From an uncultured Victivallaceae bacterium (GTDB taxonomy: Bacteria > Verrucomicrobiota > Lentisphaeria > Victivallales > GWF2-50-93), in assembly GCA_964636325.1 (NCBI GenBank), contig CAZWRV010000011.1, positions 7,264 to 71,263 on the forward strand: a DNA stretch of 64,000 nucleotides. Reading direction: 5' to 3'. The position numbers and the translations under genes were made by a program. The notes below the pieces were generated by a model, which saw only the letters and a program-made list of their open reading frames with translations, did not search any database and was not told where the DNA came from. Shown here piece after piece: positions 63,951 to 64,000 of this stretch (within the stretch, counting starts at the first letter, position 1; every line of letters starts with the position of its first letter).

Positions 63951-64000
63951 CAAGGTACGATCTTGTTCAGCGGATATTCGACGATCCCCGTCGCCCCCGC
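63950..64000 (-). CDS. 3' end of an upstream gene (partial, unidentifiable)
   Basis: Open frame from the window edge, ...AGATGIVEYPLNKIVP*, with TGA overlapping the ABC gene ATG (TGATG). This suggests translational coupling. Confidence 0.35.
   Translation of the reverse strand, partial: AGATGIVEYPLNKIVP

Overview
High-GC (visually ~60%) bacterial chromosomal window. A prepilin-type H-X9-DG-like protein, TMTC-like TPR membrane proteins and Lys/Ala/Pro-tailed ribosomal proteins suggest a PVC-type lineage (Lentisphaerota, Kiritimatiellota or Verrucomicrobiota-like); this is inference only. Housekeeping content: the polyamine pair CANSDH and nspC; part of the alpha ribosomal operon (rpmJ-rpsM-rpsK-rpoA-rplQ, with rpsD and infA absent); nrdR, frr, proS, def, blc; three sensor kinases and a PP2C phosphatase; two ABC systems; and a GH130 enzyme. 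Accessory or unusual content falls into seven groups. (1) A retron-type reverse transcriptase (33996-35294) is preceded by a ~175-nt candidate structured RNA closed by a 27-bp stem (33468-33642). The RT is flanked by 55-bp direct repeats and has no canonical retron effector beside it. Upstream on the same strand lie a Clp-fold SDH-type protease, a TPR/Zn-ribbon protein, a 622-aa all-alpha protein and a SWIM zinc-finger protein. This is my best candidate for an undescribed system. (2) A decayed 2.2-kb integrative element sits at tRNA-Asp. It has att-like tRNA 3' repeats, putative arm-site repeats, a truncated integrase and a PIN/AbrB toxin-antitoxin pair. (3) Two intergenic repeat families are present: a 19-nt GC palindrome arrayed at 59-60 bp periodicity, and a ~175-nt CCAAA/TTTGG-rich quasi-palindrome. 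(4) A G19 homopolymer lies inside a membrane-protein gene. (5) A CDC123/D123-like ATP-grasp gene sits in the def operon. (6) A structured ~150-nt leader precedes an unknown gene. (7) The PP2C phosphatase gene may carry a frameshift or a non-canonical start. All protein calls come from reading motifs in the supplied translations; no database search was run.
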